Below, piece by piece: positions 1 to 9,061 of a stretch of 64,000 nucleotides of DNA. Location: NCBI GenBank assembly GCA_903864915.1, contig CAIPHS010000007.1:15146-79145 (forward strand), written 5' to 3'. Each line of letters begins with the position of its first letter. Positions within the stretch are counted from its first letter, which is position 1. The notes beneath the pieces were generated by a model. That model ran no database searches, was not told where the DNA came from, and saw only the letters and a list, made by a program, of their open reading frames with translations. The stretch is from an uncultured Candidatus Woesearchaeota archaeon (lineage in GTDB: Archaea > Nanobdellota > Nanobdellia > UBA10117). The translations under genes and the position numbers were made by a program.

Positions 1-490
1 AGCTTTCGGAATTGTCTGTAGCGCTGCAACTGAAATCTGCAGACGTCAATGTGTCTCCAACATAAATTGTGCTGGTTCTTGTGCTTACAAATGAAACTAT
101 TACTGGAGCAGTATTATCTATATGAAAAGCTACTGTGTTGTTACCACGCATGCCAAACCGGTTTGAAGCATTAACCAGCAGCGTATAATTTCCATCAGCT
201 AGTGAGGATATATCAAAACTTTTGGACCAAATACCGTTGCTGGCATGGGTCATGTTCACGTAAGAACCATTTGCACTTGAATTTCTCCATTGATAGGTGG
301 CTGTGTGTGCTGTGCCGCTAATGTTTGCAGTTACAGTAAGGGCTGAACTGTACCAGCCATTTAGAATTGGAATATTTATGGCAACTATTGGTGGCGAGGC
401 TATGGAAACCCTGCCTGCTATGGTATCTCCTGTCGCATATGCTGCTGTAAAAAGCAACAGGCATGCCGCAATTAAAACTAGAACTTTCAT
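1..490 (-). CDS. Secreted Ig-like-domain surface protein (runs off the window edge; not in ORF track)
   Basis: ATG at 490 overlaps the TGA of the upstream gene (ATGA). Translates MKVLVLIAACLLLFTAAYA|TGDTIAGRVSI..., a signal peptide followed by Ig-like sequence (SSLADGNYTLLVNA, FHIDNTAPVI); open to position 1. Confidence 0.8.
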   Translation of the reverse strand, partial: MKVLVLIAACLLLFTAAYATGDTIAGRVSIASPPIVAINIPILNGWYSSALTVTANISGTAHTATYQWRNSSANGSYVNMTHASNGIWSKSFDISSLADGNYTLLVNASNRFGMRGNNTVAFHIDNTAPVIVSFVSTRTSTIYVGDTLTSADFSCSATDNSES

Positions 491-1305
491 CCTTCCGCCG
501 CCGAAAATGTAATAGCATTTGAACAGAAACCGCCAACTCCGCTGTCTGGGAGCTTTATTTTCCAATAAACATATTTGCTGGAAACTTCGCCATCTGATTT
601 TGCAACATTTAGATCCAGAGTTGTTTCATCTGCGGTAAGCTCGGTCATGCTGCTGTAAGACTGACCTGAACTTGAACTATAACGTGCCGCTTCAGGGGAT
701 ATAACGCCTGAAGAGCAGGTAAAAGCAGTTCCAGACAGGTTTGCATCAATCTTCACATTTCCCACATTTCGTACTGTTGTATTGACGTCATCCGAAGATG
801 TATTACCTAATGCCAATGTCCCAAAATCCACTTCACTCTCCACCACATCCAATGCGATAAGCGACTTTACGTTTGCATTATCCGAGTTGCTGGCTGCGTC
901 ATTTGTTGCATTATAACTATAAATTTTGCAAGTCCACTGGCTAGGATTTGCATAATACTGCAGGGGAAAACTACATGTTACTGGACGTTCTGTCGAAGAG
1001 GTATTATCACCTAAACTGCAGGATGTATTCGTATAATGGTTGGAACCATTGTTTTCCGAAGATTCATTATAATCCAATGCATCCCAAAACACAGCACTAA
1101 CATTGCTTATGTTTTCCCAACTATTAGAATCTGATATTGTCGCTGAGCATTCAACTGTTTTGGTGCTATCTAGCTTCAAATCAATCGGGCTTGGGTTTAT
1201 TGTTACGCTGCCAACAGTCTGGCTGCCTGCATGCGCAATAGGTATCACTAGCAGCAGCAAGATTGCCAAAAGCAATCTCACTTTTTCCTTCTTAAGAAAA
1301 CCCAT
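487..1305 (-). CDS. Secreted beta-rich protein, paralog of 1925..2788 (putative minor fibre subunit)
   Basis: Signal peptide ending AHA; paired Cys; shares VTCSF, LDV..DFG, N.GN, RYS and G.C.N.ITF blocks with 1925..2788. Confidence 0.75.
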   Translation of the reverse strand: MGFLKKEKVRLLLAILLLLVIPIAHAGSQTVGSVTINPSPIDLKLDSTKTVECSATISDSNSWENISNVSAVFWDALDYNESSENNGSNHYTNTSCSLGDNTSSTERPVTCSFPLQYYANPSQWTCKIYSYNATNDAASNSDNANVKSLIALDVVESEVDFGTLALGNTSSDDVNTTVRNVGNVKIDANLSGTAFTCSSGVISPEAARYSSSSGQSYSSMTELTADETTLDLNVAKSDGEVSSKYVYWKIKLPDSGVGGFCSNAITFSAAEG

Positions 1306-1796
1306 GCCACACCAATTAATGCAATAATAGCAATTACAATGATAACTCCAACGCTGCTAATTCCGCTGGAGATTGCAGGTAAAACAGTAATAGCCACCTT
1401 AACCGAAACACCTGTTGAAATTACGCTGCCAGAACCTCCGCTTACACTTCCAGTTCCAGTCGTTTTTACAGAAATCGTGCCGCTGTAGTTTCCTAATGCT
1501 GTTTTTCTGGGCACAGACACCTTTATGGTAAGATCATAAGGCTCGCCAGATTTCATTTGACCAGTGTCAGATGATAATGTAACATAATTCGCTATGCTTG
1601 ATGATGCCTGAAGCGTAAATCCTACAGAAGTTCCGGAATTCGTGCTTATTTGCAATGTTTTTTCAACAGTGCTTCCTTTGGGAACTTCAAAGCTCAGGGT
1701 CGCAGGGCTTGCGCCTATCGCAACTGCCTGCACTGCTGGAATAAGCAATAGGATTAATGCTGCAATTATCAGTAAAACAGGTAGTTTTTTTATCAT
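1278..1796 (-). CDS. Ig-like secreted protein with C-terminal TM anchor and basic tail (DUF916/COG1470-like)
   Basis: Signal peptide; AIGASPA start; GNYSGTISV strand; C-terminal hydrophobic helix plus RRKK. Start placed at ATG 1796 after an AGGTG SD. Confidence 0.7.
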   Translation of the reverse strand: MIKKLPVLLIIAALILLLIPAVQAVAIGASPATLSFEVPKGSTVEKTLQISTNSGTSVGFTLQASSSIANYVTLSSDTGQMKSGEPYDLTIKVSVPRKTALGNYSGTISVKTTGTGSVSGGSGSVISTGVSVKVAITVLPAISSGISSVGVIIVIAIIALIGVAWVFLRRKK

Positions 1797-1924
1797 TTCA
1801 AGCACCTAAATATGCACATATTCAATTATTTATAGAATTTTTTTATTCTCTAACAGATAATAAAACGATAAACGCCACAAGCTAAATAATTAAAAATGAA
1901 AAGAAAAAGAAAAAAGTTTCTTCA

Positions 1925-2788
1925 CTATGCCGTTGCGGCAATGGTTACGGTATTATTACAGGCTCCAACAGCTCCACTACTTGGTGTCAAGATAGTGAAG
2001 AATTCTTGATCTGTAATATTCGTACCACTACTTACAGCTAAGCTAAAGCCTGTATCTTTCGTTGCGGTTGCGTTCAGCACATTACTAGACATCGAGTCAT
2101 AGTTTCCAGTATTAGCGCTGTATCTTGTGTTGTTAACATCTATGCTTCCGACGTCACAGGTATAATCATCGCCTTTGTACGTTGTTCCTAGCACTAAATT
2201 ACCTAAGTTTTGTATGGTTACATTTGCCGGATCAGTGCTATTTGTACCGGGTGCCATGTCGCCAAACTCTATGGTGCTATCCAGTACATCAAAAGCCAAC
2301 AATATGCTCACATCCCGATTAGCTGTTGCGTCCGAAGCGCTATGTGTACCATCTGTTGCAGTTATGTTTGCTGTCCATGTTCCTGGCATAGCCATGTATC
2401 CAATTGTAAATGAACAAGTAACAGTTTTATTGTAGTCACCCGTACCATTTGTTATAACACAATCACTGTCGGATGTGTGGTTGTTCGCATTATCGGATTC
2501 GCTATCAGAGCCGGTAAGATATAATGTTGCACTTGCGCCAGTGATATCTGCACCGCCGTCATAGTCTGTTACAGTTGCATTTGCCGTCACTACTGCGCCG
2601 GTTTGGCCTGTTTCCATAGTTATATTCGCATCTGCACCATGCTCGTTCCATACCATCACGTCAGCAATTGTAGGCGCGAAACCGCTTATTGTAACCTTGC
2701 CCGCAGGTGTTGTTGTTGCATATGCTCCAGCCGTAAAAATTGCTATAGCTAAAGCTAAAATCACAAAACTTATTGCTATTTTTTTCAT
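1925..2788 (-). CDS. Secreted Thr/Asn-rich beta protein, putative major fibre/pilus subunit
   Basis: Signal peptide ending AYA; strong GGAGG SD; many N-x-S/T sequons; no TM anchor; followed by a U-rich tract. Confidence 0.75.
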   Translation of the reverse strand: MKKIAISFVILALAIAIFTAGAYATTTPAGKVTISGFAPTIADVMVWNEHGADANITMETGQTGAVVTANATVTDYDGGADITGASATLYLTGSDSESDNANNHTSDSDCVITNGTGDYNKTVTCSFTIGYMAMPGTWTANITATDGTHSASDATANRDVSILLAFDVLDSTIEFGDMAPGTNSTDPANVTIQNLGNLVLGTTYKGDDYTCDVGSIDVNNTRYSANTGNYDSMSSNVLNATATKDTGFSLAVSSGTNITDQEFFTILTPSSGAVGACNNTVTIAATA

Positions 2789-2887
2789 GTTATTTTTTGC
2801 CTCCTTTGAAATTTAAAATAATAAAATAAATATAGAGTTTTTTTATTATCTGCTAGAAGATGTAACTATACTCTGTGGCAAGGATAA

Positions 2888-3529
2888 TCAGGCCTTGAAC
2901 TCGCCCCAATCTTCAAAGCCGTCGAGTCCTTTTGCTTTGACGAAAAGTTTCCCATTCTCGCGCTTGACGAAGACAATGTAATCCATCATGTGCTCCATCA
3001 TGACTATGACATCAGGGGTATGCATACCTTCTTCCAATGTAAAGAAGGCGGAGCCGCCAGCCTTCTTGATCTTGGCTATGACCACCTGTACAAAACGACC
3101 TATGGCTTGCGGGTTTGAATACATCAGCATGGTGGAAAGGGAGTTGAAAACTATGCAGTGTTTCGGGCTTTTCCTGAAAAACTCCTTCTCTATGTCTGAA
3201 AGCGCCACTGAAATCTCATTTAATGCCAAAGGACCAGGCACCCGCTTGATAGAAGAAGTGTTCTTCACAGCCTCGCCAACATGCATGGAATAGCAGTCTA
3301 TAAACGCCAGCAAGCCCTTTGATTCTGCGTCACCGAAGAAAATCTTTTCCTTTACCAGTTCGTTCTTGAAATCTTCTGCGGACTTGTCGGTGGAAATTAT
3401 CAGCACAGGCACTTTTTCTTTCAAATCATCCTTTATGCTGCTACTTACGAGAACTTCTTTGCCCTCCAGCGGCGGGCTTATCACAACCACTGCCGAGTTT
3501 TGCGGTATTTTTTCAAGTATCATCGTCAC
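2888..3529 (-). CDS. KaiC/RAD55-like ATPase-fold protein with degenerate Walker motifs
   Basis: SPPLEGKE (degenerate Walker A), FIDCYS, IVFNSLSTML, LEEGMH motifs typical of inactivated archaeal KaiC-like domains. Confidence 0.75.
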   Translation of the reverse strand: MTMILEKIPQNSAVVVISPPLEGKEVLVSSSIKDDLKEKVPVLIISTDKSAEDFKNELVKEKIFFGDAESKGLLAFIDCYSMHVGEAVKNTSSIKRVPGPLALNEISVALSDIEKEFFRKSPKHCIVFNSLSTMLMYSNPQAIGRFVQVVIAKIKKAGGSAFFTLEEGMHTPDVIVMMEHMMDYIVFVKRENGKLFVKAKGLDGFEDWGEFKA

Positions 3530-4764
3530 CTTTTTGTTTTTTCAGCTGTGATGTCACGGACTGTTGCCTGAAGGAGTTTTTTGCCGCCGATTTCCAGCCG
3601 AGTCAGCAGAACTGTGGCTAGGAAATCTTCGCCACCAAGTCTCTTGTGCATCCATTCAAAGAAATTCCTGCCAGTCTTCATCGCCTTGAGTATCATCTTC
3701 TTTGCCTTGACAGAAGAAAGCTGCCCATCAAGCTGGTATTTTGGGGAGAATTCCCAGGGCGCTCTTGAAGCAAAATCTTTTTCGTTTTTTGCCCCGAACA
3801 TGTTTATTGCAGCAGGATTTCCCTCAGTAAATTTCCAAGTTGGAGGAGCCAGCGTCATGATTGCATCGCTTGACGACTCAAACAAGGCGCGGTATTTTTC
3901 CTCGCCTTCATGGATATACCTCTCAGCCATCTTTTCTTTGGTAATGTCCCTTACTATCCCCATAACTGCTACAACTTTTCCTTCACTATTTTTGACTGGG
4001 TTCAAGCTGGTGCTGTTATAGAACATCTTTCCACCAACAGCCATTTCTTCTTTTAGGAACTTGCTCTTGCCAGTTTTGATAACTGCATTAATGTTTTTTG
4101 CGAACCTAGTAAAAGTCTCTTTTGGGAATGTGCTCGCTATAGGTTTACCAATTACTTCATTAGGCGATACGTGCGACATTTTTGCTGCAGCCATGTTCAG
4201 AGAAATATATCTCAATTTTGTATCCAGCAAAAATATCTGATCTGATGCGCTTTCTACAATAGTTCTGTATTTTTCCGCGCTTTCTTTCAAAGCTTCTTCA
4301 GCTTTCTTTAGTTCAGTCACGTCCCTGAAGACGCCCGCAAGATACTTTTTCCCATTTAGCATAAGAGGGAAAGAATTTACATCTGCGTAAAAAACGGAAC
4401 CATCCTTTCTTTTGACGGGTAATCCAGGTGCAATTCCTATCTCTTTTCTGGCCTGCTTCTCAAACTGGCGTATAACATACGGCAAATCTTTCTTAGGATG
4501 TATGTCAGTCACACCAAGTTTCTTCAGTTCATCTAGGGTATAGCCCAACATACGTAATATTGCCTCATTGCCGATGCTAAATTTCATAGTGCTTGTATCT
4601 GCCAAAATAACACCATCTGGAATACTTTCAAAAATTGTCTCGAATTTTTCCTCGCTTTCCTTAAGCGCTTCGATTTTCTTTTTTAAAGTATGCACTAATG
4701 TTACGTTCAAACCAAGGTATCCTTCCTTTGCTCTGTCTTCTTCGTGTTTTTCCATGTTCATCAT
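3526..4764 (-). CDS. Triple PAS/PAC sensor protein with no output domain
   Basis: Three ESEEK[FY]..[IL][FV]ES..D-type starts, each closed by RD[VI]T; the protein ends after the third PAS with no kinase, GGDEF or HTH domain. Confidence 0.85.
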   Translation of the reverse strand: MMNMEKHEEDRAKEGYLGLNVTLVHTLKKKIEALKESEEKFETIFESIPDGVILADTSTMKFSIGNEAILRMLGYTLDELKKLGVTDIHPKKDLPYVIRQFEKQARKEIGIAPGLPVKRKDGSVFYADVNSFPLMLNGKKYLAGVFRDVTELKKAEEALKESAEKYRTIVESASDQIFLLDTKLRYISLNMAAAKMSHVSPNEVIGKPIASTFPKETFTRFAKNINAVIKTGKSKFLKEEMAVGGKMFYNSTSLNPVKNSEGKVVAVMGIVRDITKEKMAERYIHEGEEKYRALFESSSDAIMTLAPPTWKFTEGNPAAINMFGAKNEKDFASRAPWEFSPKYQLDGQLSSVKAKKMILKAMKTGRNFFEWMHKRLGGEDFLATVLLTRLEIGGKKLLQATVRDITAEKTKR

Positions 4765-5132
4765 CCAAGCAAGTGCTCAGCCTGCTTAGCTGCCTTGTTC
4801 AGCTCTAATCTCATCAAACCAAGATTGACACTGCGTTTTGCCAGACATACGAGAATTGCAAGCTCGCCAGCCCCGATAGAAACTATTTTACCTCTTTCAG
4901 CATCAAGTGTTATTTCATTTAATTTGCCACAACCAAGCTCAGATACAGCAGTCTCTGCTGCGCCCTGCATGGCTGCAGACATGGCGGCAAATGTCTCTTC
5001 ATCCACTTCTTTCGATATGTCTGCTGCAATTATTAGGCCGTCCCGGCTGACTACCGCAGAACTTTGAATGTCGCTGACTTTTCTCAGCCCTTTTAGAATC
5101 TCAACCAGCTTGTCTTGTTTTGTTTCTGCCAT
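4761..5132 (-). CDS. Roadblock/LC7 (MglB-like) protein
   Basis: SAVVSRDGLIIAA, FAAMSAAMQGAAETAVSELG, NLGLMRLEL; start at ATG 5132 (MAETKQ). Confidence 0.9.
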   Translation of the reverse strand: MAETKQDKLVEILKGLRKVSDIQSSAVVSRDGLIIAADISKEVDEETFAAMSAAMQGAAETAVSELGCGKLNEITLDAERGKIVSIGAGELAILVCLAKRSVNLGLMRLELNKAAKQAEHLLG

Positions 5133-6409
5133 CACACAACAACCTCTAACAATGCGCTGAACACTTTTTGCACGTCTTCGCTTTTCAATTGGCAAGGCTT
5201 GCCTTCCTTTACATCTGCCATATTTTCTGCAACAACAGGAATTACTGGAACATTTGCAGGCAACTTCATTTGCTTCCGGATTGCATCAACAGTCAATGCA
5301 CCTTTCATGTTGGCTTTATTCGCCACCACAACAACAGGCAAGTCTACGGTATTTGACAACTTCACCATCTCCTTAGCCCTGCCAAAATCTTTGGGCATGG
5401 TGCTGTCAATTACAACAACGACACCAAGGGATTCCCCACCCAGAAGTTCAAGTATCGGATCAAATCTTTCCTGCCCCGGCGTGCCAAACAGGTCCACTTC
5501 ATAGCCTTTGTACTCCACATGGCCGTGGTCCAAGGCAACAGTAGTGCCGAGCCTGTTGACTGATACTGCTTTAGTGGATGCAGAATGCACAAAAGAAGTC
5601 TTGCCTGCGTGATATGGCCCAGTTACCAGAATTTTAGGAATAAAGACCCTGACGCCGCCAGGTTTTATGATTTTGAAAGGTATGTCCTTCCGCTCAAAAG
5701 CCTGTGGGGCCTTGACGACGCTGAAATATTTCTGCAAAATCACGCTTCTTTCAAGCGCCTTTATCTCGATAACACATTCGAAAAGAGATTTTATCTTGTT
5801 TGTCAGCGACTTTGGATAAAGCCATTCGGTAAACAGGAAAAAGGATATGGTGTTGTATTTGCGCACCTCGCTTAGGAATTTCTTTATTCCAGCCAGAACT
5901 TCATCTTCGTTTTTTGTGCTGTCAATAAGTGTGGATAGGGCATCAAAAATCAGGATTATATTATCATTCTCCAGTTTTGCAAGCACTTCAGGCATAACCT
6001 CGCTCAGCTGCTGCATATTCTGCGGCTCGCTGGAGTAATATTCTGTGCCAGACTTCAAGGAAAGCATGGCTGAATAAGCATCAAAGAACGCGAACGTGCC
6101 CTGCCGCTGGTAATCTCCCAAATCCCAGCCATATTCTTCAGCAAGCAACTTTACAGAATTAGGCAATTTATTATTCACTAAATAAACACCATGGTCGCCT
6201 GCTTTCAGCCTGTTGAAAAGCGTCTGTAAAGCGAATTCCACATTCTCCACCCCTGGTTGAGAACAGAGCAGCACTGTGCTTTGCGGCTTTAACCCACCAC
6301 AAAGAACATCATCCAGTTTTGGGACGCCAGTAGCAACCATATTATACTTTTTCCCTTCCGTAAAATCTAATTTATGCTTTCTTGCTATTTTTTCTTTGGA
6401 GAATGCCAT
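5132..6409 (-). CDS. Fusion of an inactive KaiC/RAD55-like domain and an MglA-like small GTPase
   Basis: N-terminal TGVPKLDDVLCGG with degenerate P-loop (SQPGVEN); C-terminal GPYHAGKT, GTTVALD, FGTPGQERF, NKAN. Confidence 0.85.
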   Translation of the reverse strand: MAFSKEKIARKHKLDFTEGKKYNMVATGVPKLDDVLCGGLKPQSTVLLCSQPGVENVEFALQTLFNRLKAGDHGVYLVNNKLPNSVKLLAEEYGWDLGDYQRQGTFAFFDAYSAMLSLKSGTEYYSSEPQNMQQLSEVMPEVLAKLENDNIILIFDALSTLIDSTKNEDEVLAGIKKFLSEVRKYNTISFFLFTEWLYPKSLTNKIKSLFECVIEIKALERSVILQKYFSVVKAPQAFERKDIPFKIIKPGGVRVFIPKILVTGPYHAGKTSFVHSASTKAVSVNRLGTTVALDHGHVEYKGYEVDLFGTPGQERFDPILELLGGESLGVVVVIDSTMPKDFGRAKEMVKLSNTVDLPVVVVANKANMKGALTVDAIRKQMKLPANVPVIPVVAENMADVKEGKPCQLKSEDVQKVFSALLEVVV

Positions 6410-7515
6410 CTTCCCCCACGAGTGGATAGCTTGCGCTTAGGTCGCTTTGCAACGAAAAACAAAACCAGACCGATAACAGCAAAAAGCAGCAGGGATATTG
6501 CGCTTAATGAAAGCGGCACTGCTTTCTGCGCTTCTACATTGATTTGCTGCTCCGCTGTTGCTGATTTGTCAAATATGACATAACCCCTAATCTCATAATT
6601 TCCAGATGCAGATGTTGTAAAGTATGTTGTCAGATTTGCAGTCTGGCCTGAAGCCACAATAACCTTATCACTTTCCACTTGTTCAGTTTGCAAATCATTT
6701 TTTACATTGGCTTTAAGTTGTGCTAGCACAGCATTTGCGCCCGTATTTTCAAAAACTGCGGTAATTATTGCTGGCTTGCCAACTTCCAAGCTTGAAATTT
6801 GAAGATTTTGCAGTTTGCCATCAGAAGATTTTCCTAGGCTTACAGGTATGCTTTCCTGCCTCAAAAGCTCGTTTCCAACATAAACTGAAGCTTTTACAGT
6901 GTAAACGTTACTAGATAATGAGTTTGCTGGAAGTTTGGTCTCTATCGTTGCAGTTCTGCTAGGTAAGATTTCAACATCAGTCGTATCGGCGCTTAGTTGC
7001 GCATCTTGCAATTCGAGAGATAACTTTGGAGTTATGTTTAAATTGCCAGTATTCTCAACATCTGCCAGGCCAACAATCTTGCCATCTTGCTCAAAAACTT
7101 CTATGCTATTGACTTGTGCCTGAATAATCTGCTTTTGAGTAACTTCGATTAGAACTTTTGTTGTCTGCGCAGGCCCGATATAGCCTGTTGCGCTATCAGA
7201 ATTTGGCTGGTCTGTAATTACGTACGCGATGTAAGTTCCGGGCAAGGCTTCTGCAGGAGGCTTCACCATGACTCTGGCCTTTAGCGGGAAGTTGGCATTT
7301 GCATAACCTTGCGACGGACTTACAACAATCCATTTTGCTGCGGGACCTGCGGTTGACAGAATAATAGCGGTAGACTCGTTAGAAGTTATTGGAAGTGTGA
7401 TTTCTGAAAATCCACCAGGCAAAACATTCTCAAATCTCAAGTCCACCGGAGCTGTTAAGGCGTAACTGCTGCCAAAAATAAAAAGGAGAGCTAGCAATGC
7501 CCAGTACTTTTGCAT
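6385..7515 (-). CDS. Multi-Ig (CARDB/DUF916-like) secreted protein with C-terminal TM anchor
   Basis: Signal peptide; PGTY; two ENTG motifs; C-terminal TM helix plus KRPKRK. Confidence 0.75.
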   Translation of the reverse strand: MQKYWALLALLFIFGSSYALTAPVDLRFENVLPGGFSEITLPITSNESTAIILSTAGPAAKWIVVSPSQGYANANFPLKARVMVKPPAEALPGTYIAYVITDQPNSDSATGYIGPAQTTKVLIEVTQKQIIQAQVNSIEVFEQDGKIVGLADVENTGNLNITPKLSLELQDAQLSADTTDVEILPSRTATIETKLPANSLSSNVYTVKASVYVGNELLRQESIPVSLGKSSDGKLQNLQISSLEVGKPAIITAVFENTGANAVLAQLKANVKNDLQTEQVESDKVIVASGQTANLTTYFTTSASGNYEIRGYVIFDKSATAEQQINVEAQKAVPLSLSAISLLLFAVIGLVLFFVAKRPKRKLSTRGGRWHSPKKK

Positions 7516-7636
7516 ACAACTAATTTTTTCTAAAATATTATATGGGTTTTTTGCGAACTATGTTAGGATTAAGCCATTATTCTCCTTAAACAGAGAGAAA
7601 AAAGCGTTTAATAAAAACAGAAAAAAACTCTTCTTG

Positions 7637-7768
7637 ATGGCTACAATAGTACCTTTGACGGATATTGCGAGTGTCGTCATTGGCGTGATTTTGCTTCTTT
7701 ACGTCTGGAAAACCAGATCGAAATTGAAAAAATGGATATTGAGAGGTTCTGCCAAATGGACAAAGTAA
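7637..7768 (+). CDS. 43-aa single-pass membrane microprotein (not in ORF track)
   Basis: MATIVPLTDIASVVIGVILLLYVWKTRSKLKKWILRGSAKWTK*. TATA-like TTTAATAAA about 22 nt upstream (leaderless); overlaps the rhomboid start. Confidence 0.6.
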   Translation: MATIVPLTDIASVVIGVILLLYVWKTRSKLKKWILRGSAKWTK

Positions 7769-8340
7769 AGAAGTATGCAATCATGGGATTCGTAGGGGCC
7801 CTGATTTTGATTTATGTAATGGTTTTTAATTTTCCGGACCAGATGGCAAGATTTGCGCTGTTTCCTGAAAAGCTTGCATCCGGCGAATACTGGCGCATCC
7901 TGACGTTCCAATTTTCACATCTCAACAGCACACACCTGCTCGAGAACATTGCAGGTGCAGGGCTTGCAGCTGGGATTGCCACGCAACTGAAAATGCGGGT
8001 AAAAGTCTTCTCATGGACATATCTTCTTGCTGGAGTTCTTGCAGTGATACCTGTTTACCTTGTTGCGCCATTTGTAGCGTTGGGCGCATCCGGTGCAATT
8101 TACGGCGTATTTGGCGCAGTATCTATGGATGCAAAAAAATTTGGCATGGACAGCAGAATCCTGATTGGCCTGCTTGCTGCAGCAATACTTACTCCAATCC
8201 TATTCGTCAAAGACATAGCAAACATACAGCAAGGTGCTGCACACTTTGCCGGCCTGGTCATAGGCATTGTGCTATTTTTGTCTTATGATAAAGTAATGGG
8301 AGCATTCACGAAAAAAAGGAGGCGCGTATTGCGAGGTTAA
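7756..8340 (+). CDS. Rhomboid family intramembrane serine protease
   Basis: WR motif, H..HL..N, catalytic GASG, AHFAG. Confidence 0.9.
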   Translation: MDKVKKYAIMGFVGALILIYVMVFNFPDQMARFALFPEKLASGEYWRILTFQFSHLNSTHLLENIAGAGLAAGIATQLKMRVKVFSWTYLLAGVLAVIPVYLVAPFVALGASGAIYGVFGAVSMDAKKFGMDSRILIGLLAAAILTPILFVKDIANIQQGAAHFAGLVIGIVLFLSYDKVMGAFTKKRRRVLRG

Positions 8341-8341
8341 C

Positions 8342-9061
8342 ATGGAACGTGTAAAAACAGGTATAATTGGTTTGGACAAGATGTTAAACGGCGGATTTTT
8401 GCAGGGCAGGAATATTTTGCTTTCAGGGCCTGCCGGCACCGGCAAGACAACATTCGCTGCACAATTTCTGTATAATGGTGTCATGAAATTCAAGGAGCCC
8501 AGCCTTTACGTAACTCTTGAAGAATCCGGCGACAAGATCTTCGAGGACATGGCCAAGTTTGGTTTCAACCTGAAAAAGGCGGAGAAAAAAGGATTTTATG
8601 TGATAGGTGGGCCAATCGCCAACCTCACATCATACATGGAGAAAGTTGACGCCAAGGTTTCTGACATAATTGCAGAGATAAAAGAAGTCATAGAGCAGAA
8701 GAAAATAAAGCGTGTTGTAATAGATTCGATAAACTTGTTTACAATGCTGCTTGAAAAAGAATCTAACAGAAGGCGTGCGCTTGCCGCTCTGGGAAACATG
8801 CTTTCTTCATCGGGCTGCACATCAATCATGACTTCAGAAACCAAGGAAGGCAGCATGGCGCTTTCCAGATACGGAATAGAGGAGTTTGTTGTTGACGGCG
8901 TCATAGTATTATATCTGGCAAGGCAAGGCCCACAATTTGTGCCTGGCGTCGCCATCAGGAAGATGCGTGGCACCGCGCATGAAAAAGACATCAAGCTGTA
9001 CAGAATCACAGATAAGGGCATAGTTGTATATCCAGATGAAACCCTGTTCACAGGAATCTAA
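8342..9061 (+). CDS. KaiC/RAD55-family ATPase (single domain, intact motifs)
   Basis: GPAGTGKT, TLEE, RVVIDS, EEFVVDGVI, RKMRG. Confidence 0.9.
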   Translation: MERVKTGIIGLDKMLNGGFLQGRNILLSGPAGTGKTTFAAQFLYNGVMKFKEPSLYVTLEESGDKIFEDMAKFGFNLKKAEKKGFYVIGGPIANLTSYMEKVDAKVSDIIAEIKEVIEQKKIKRVVIDSINLFTMLLEKESNRRRALAALGNMLSSSGCTSIMTSETKEGSMALSRYGIEEFVVDGVIVLYLARQGPQFVPGVAIRKMRGTAHEKDIKLYRITDKGIVVYPDETLFTGI

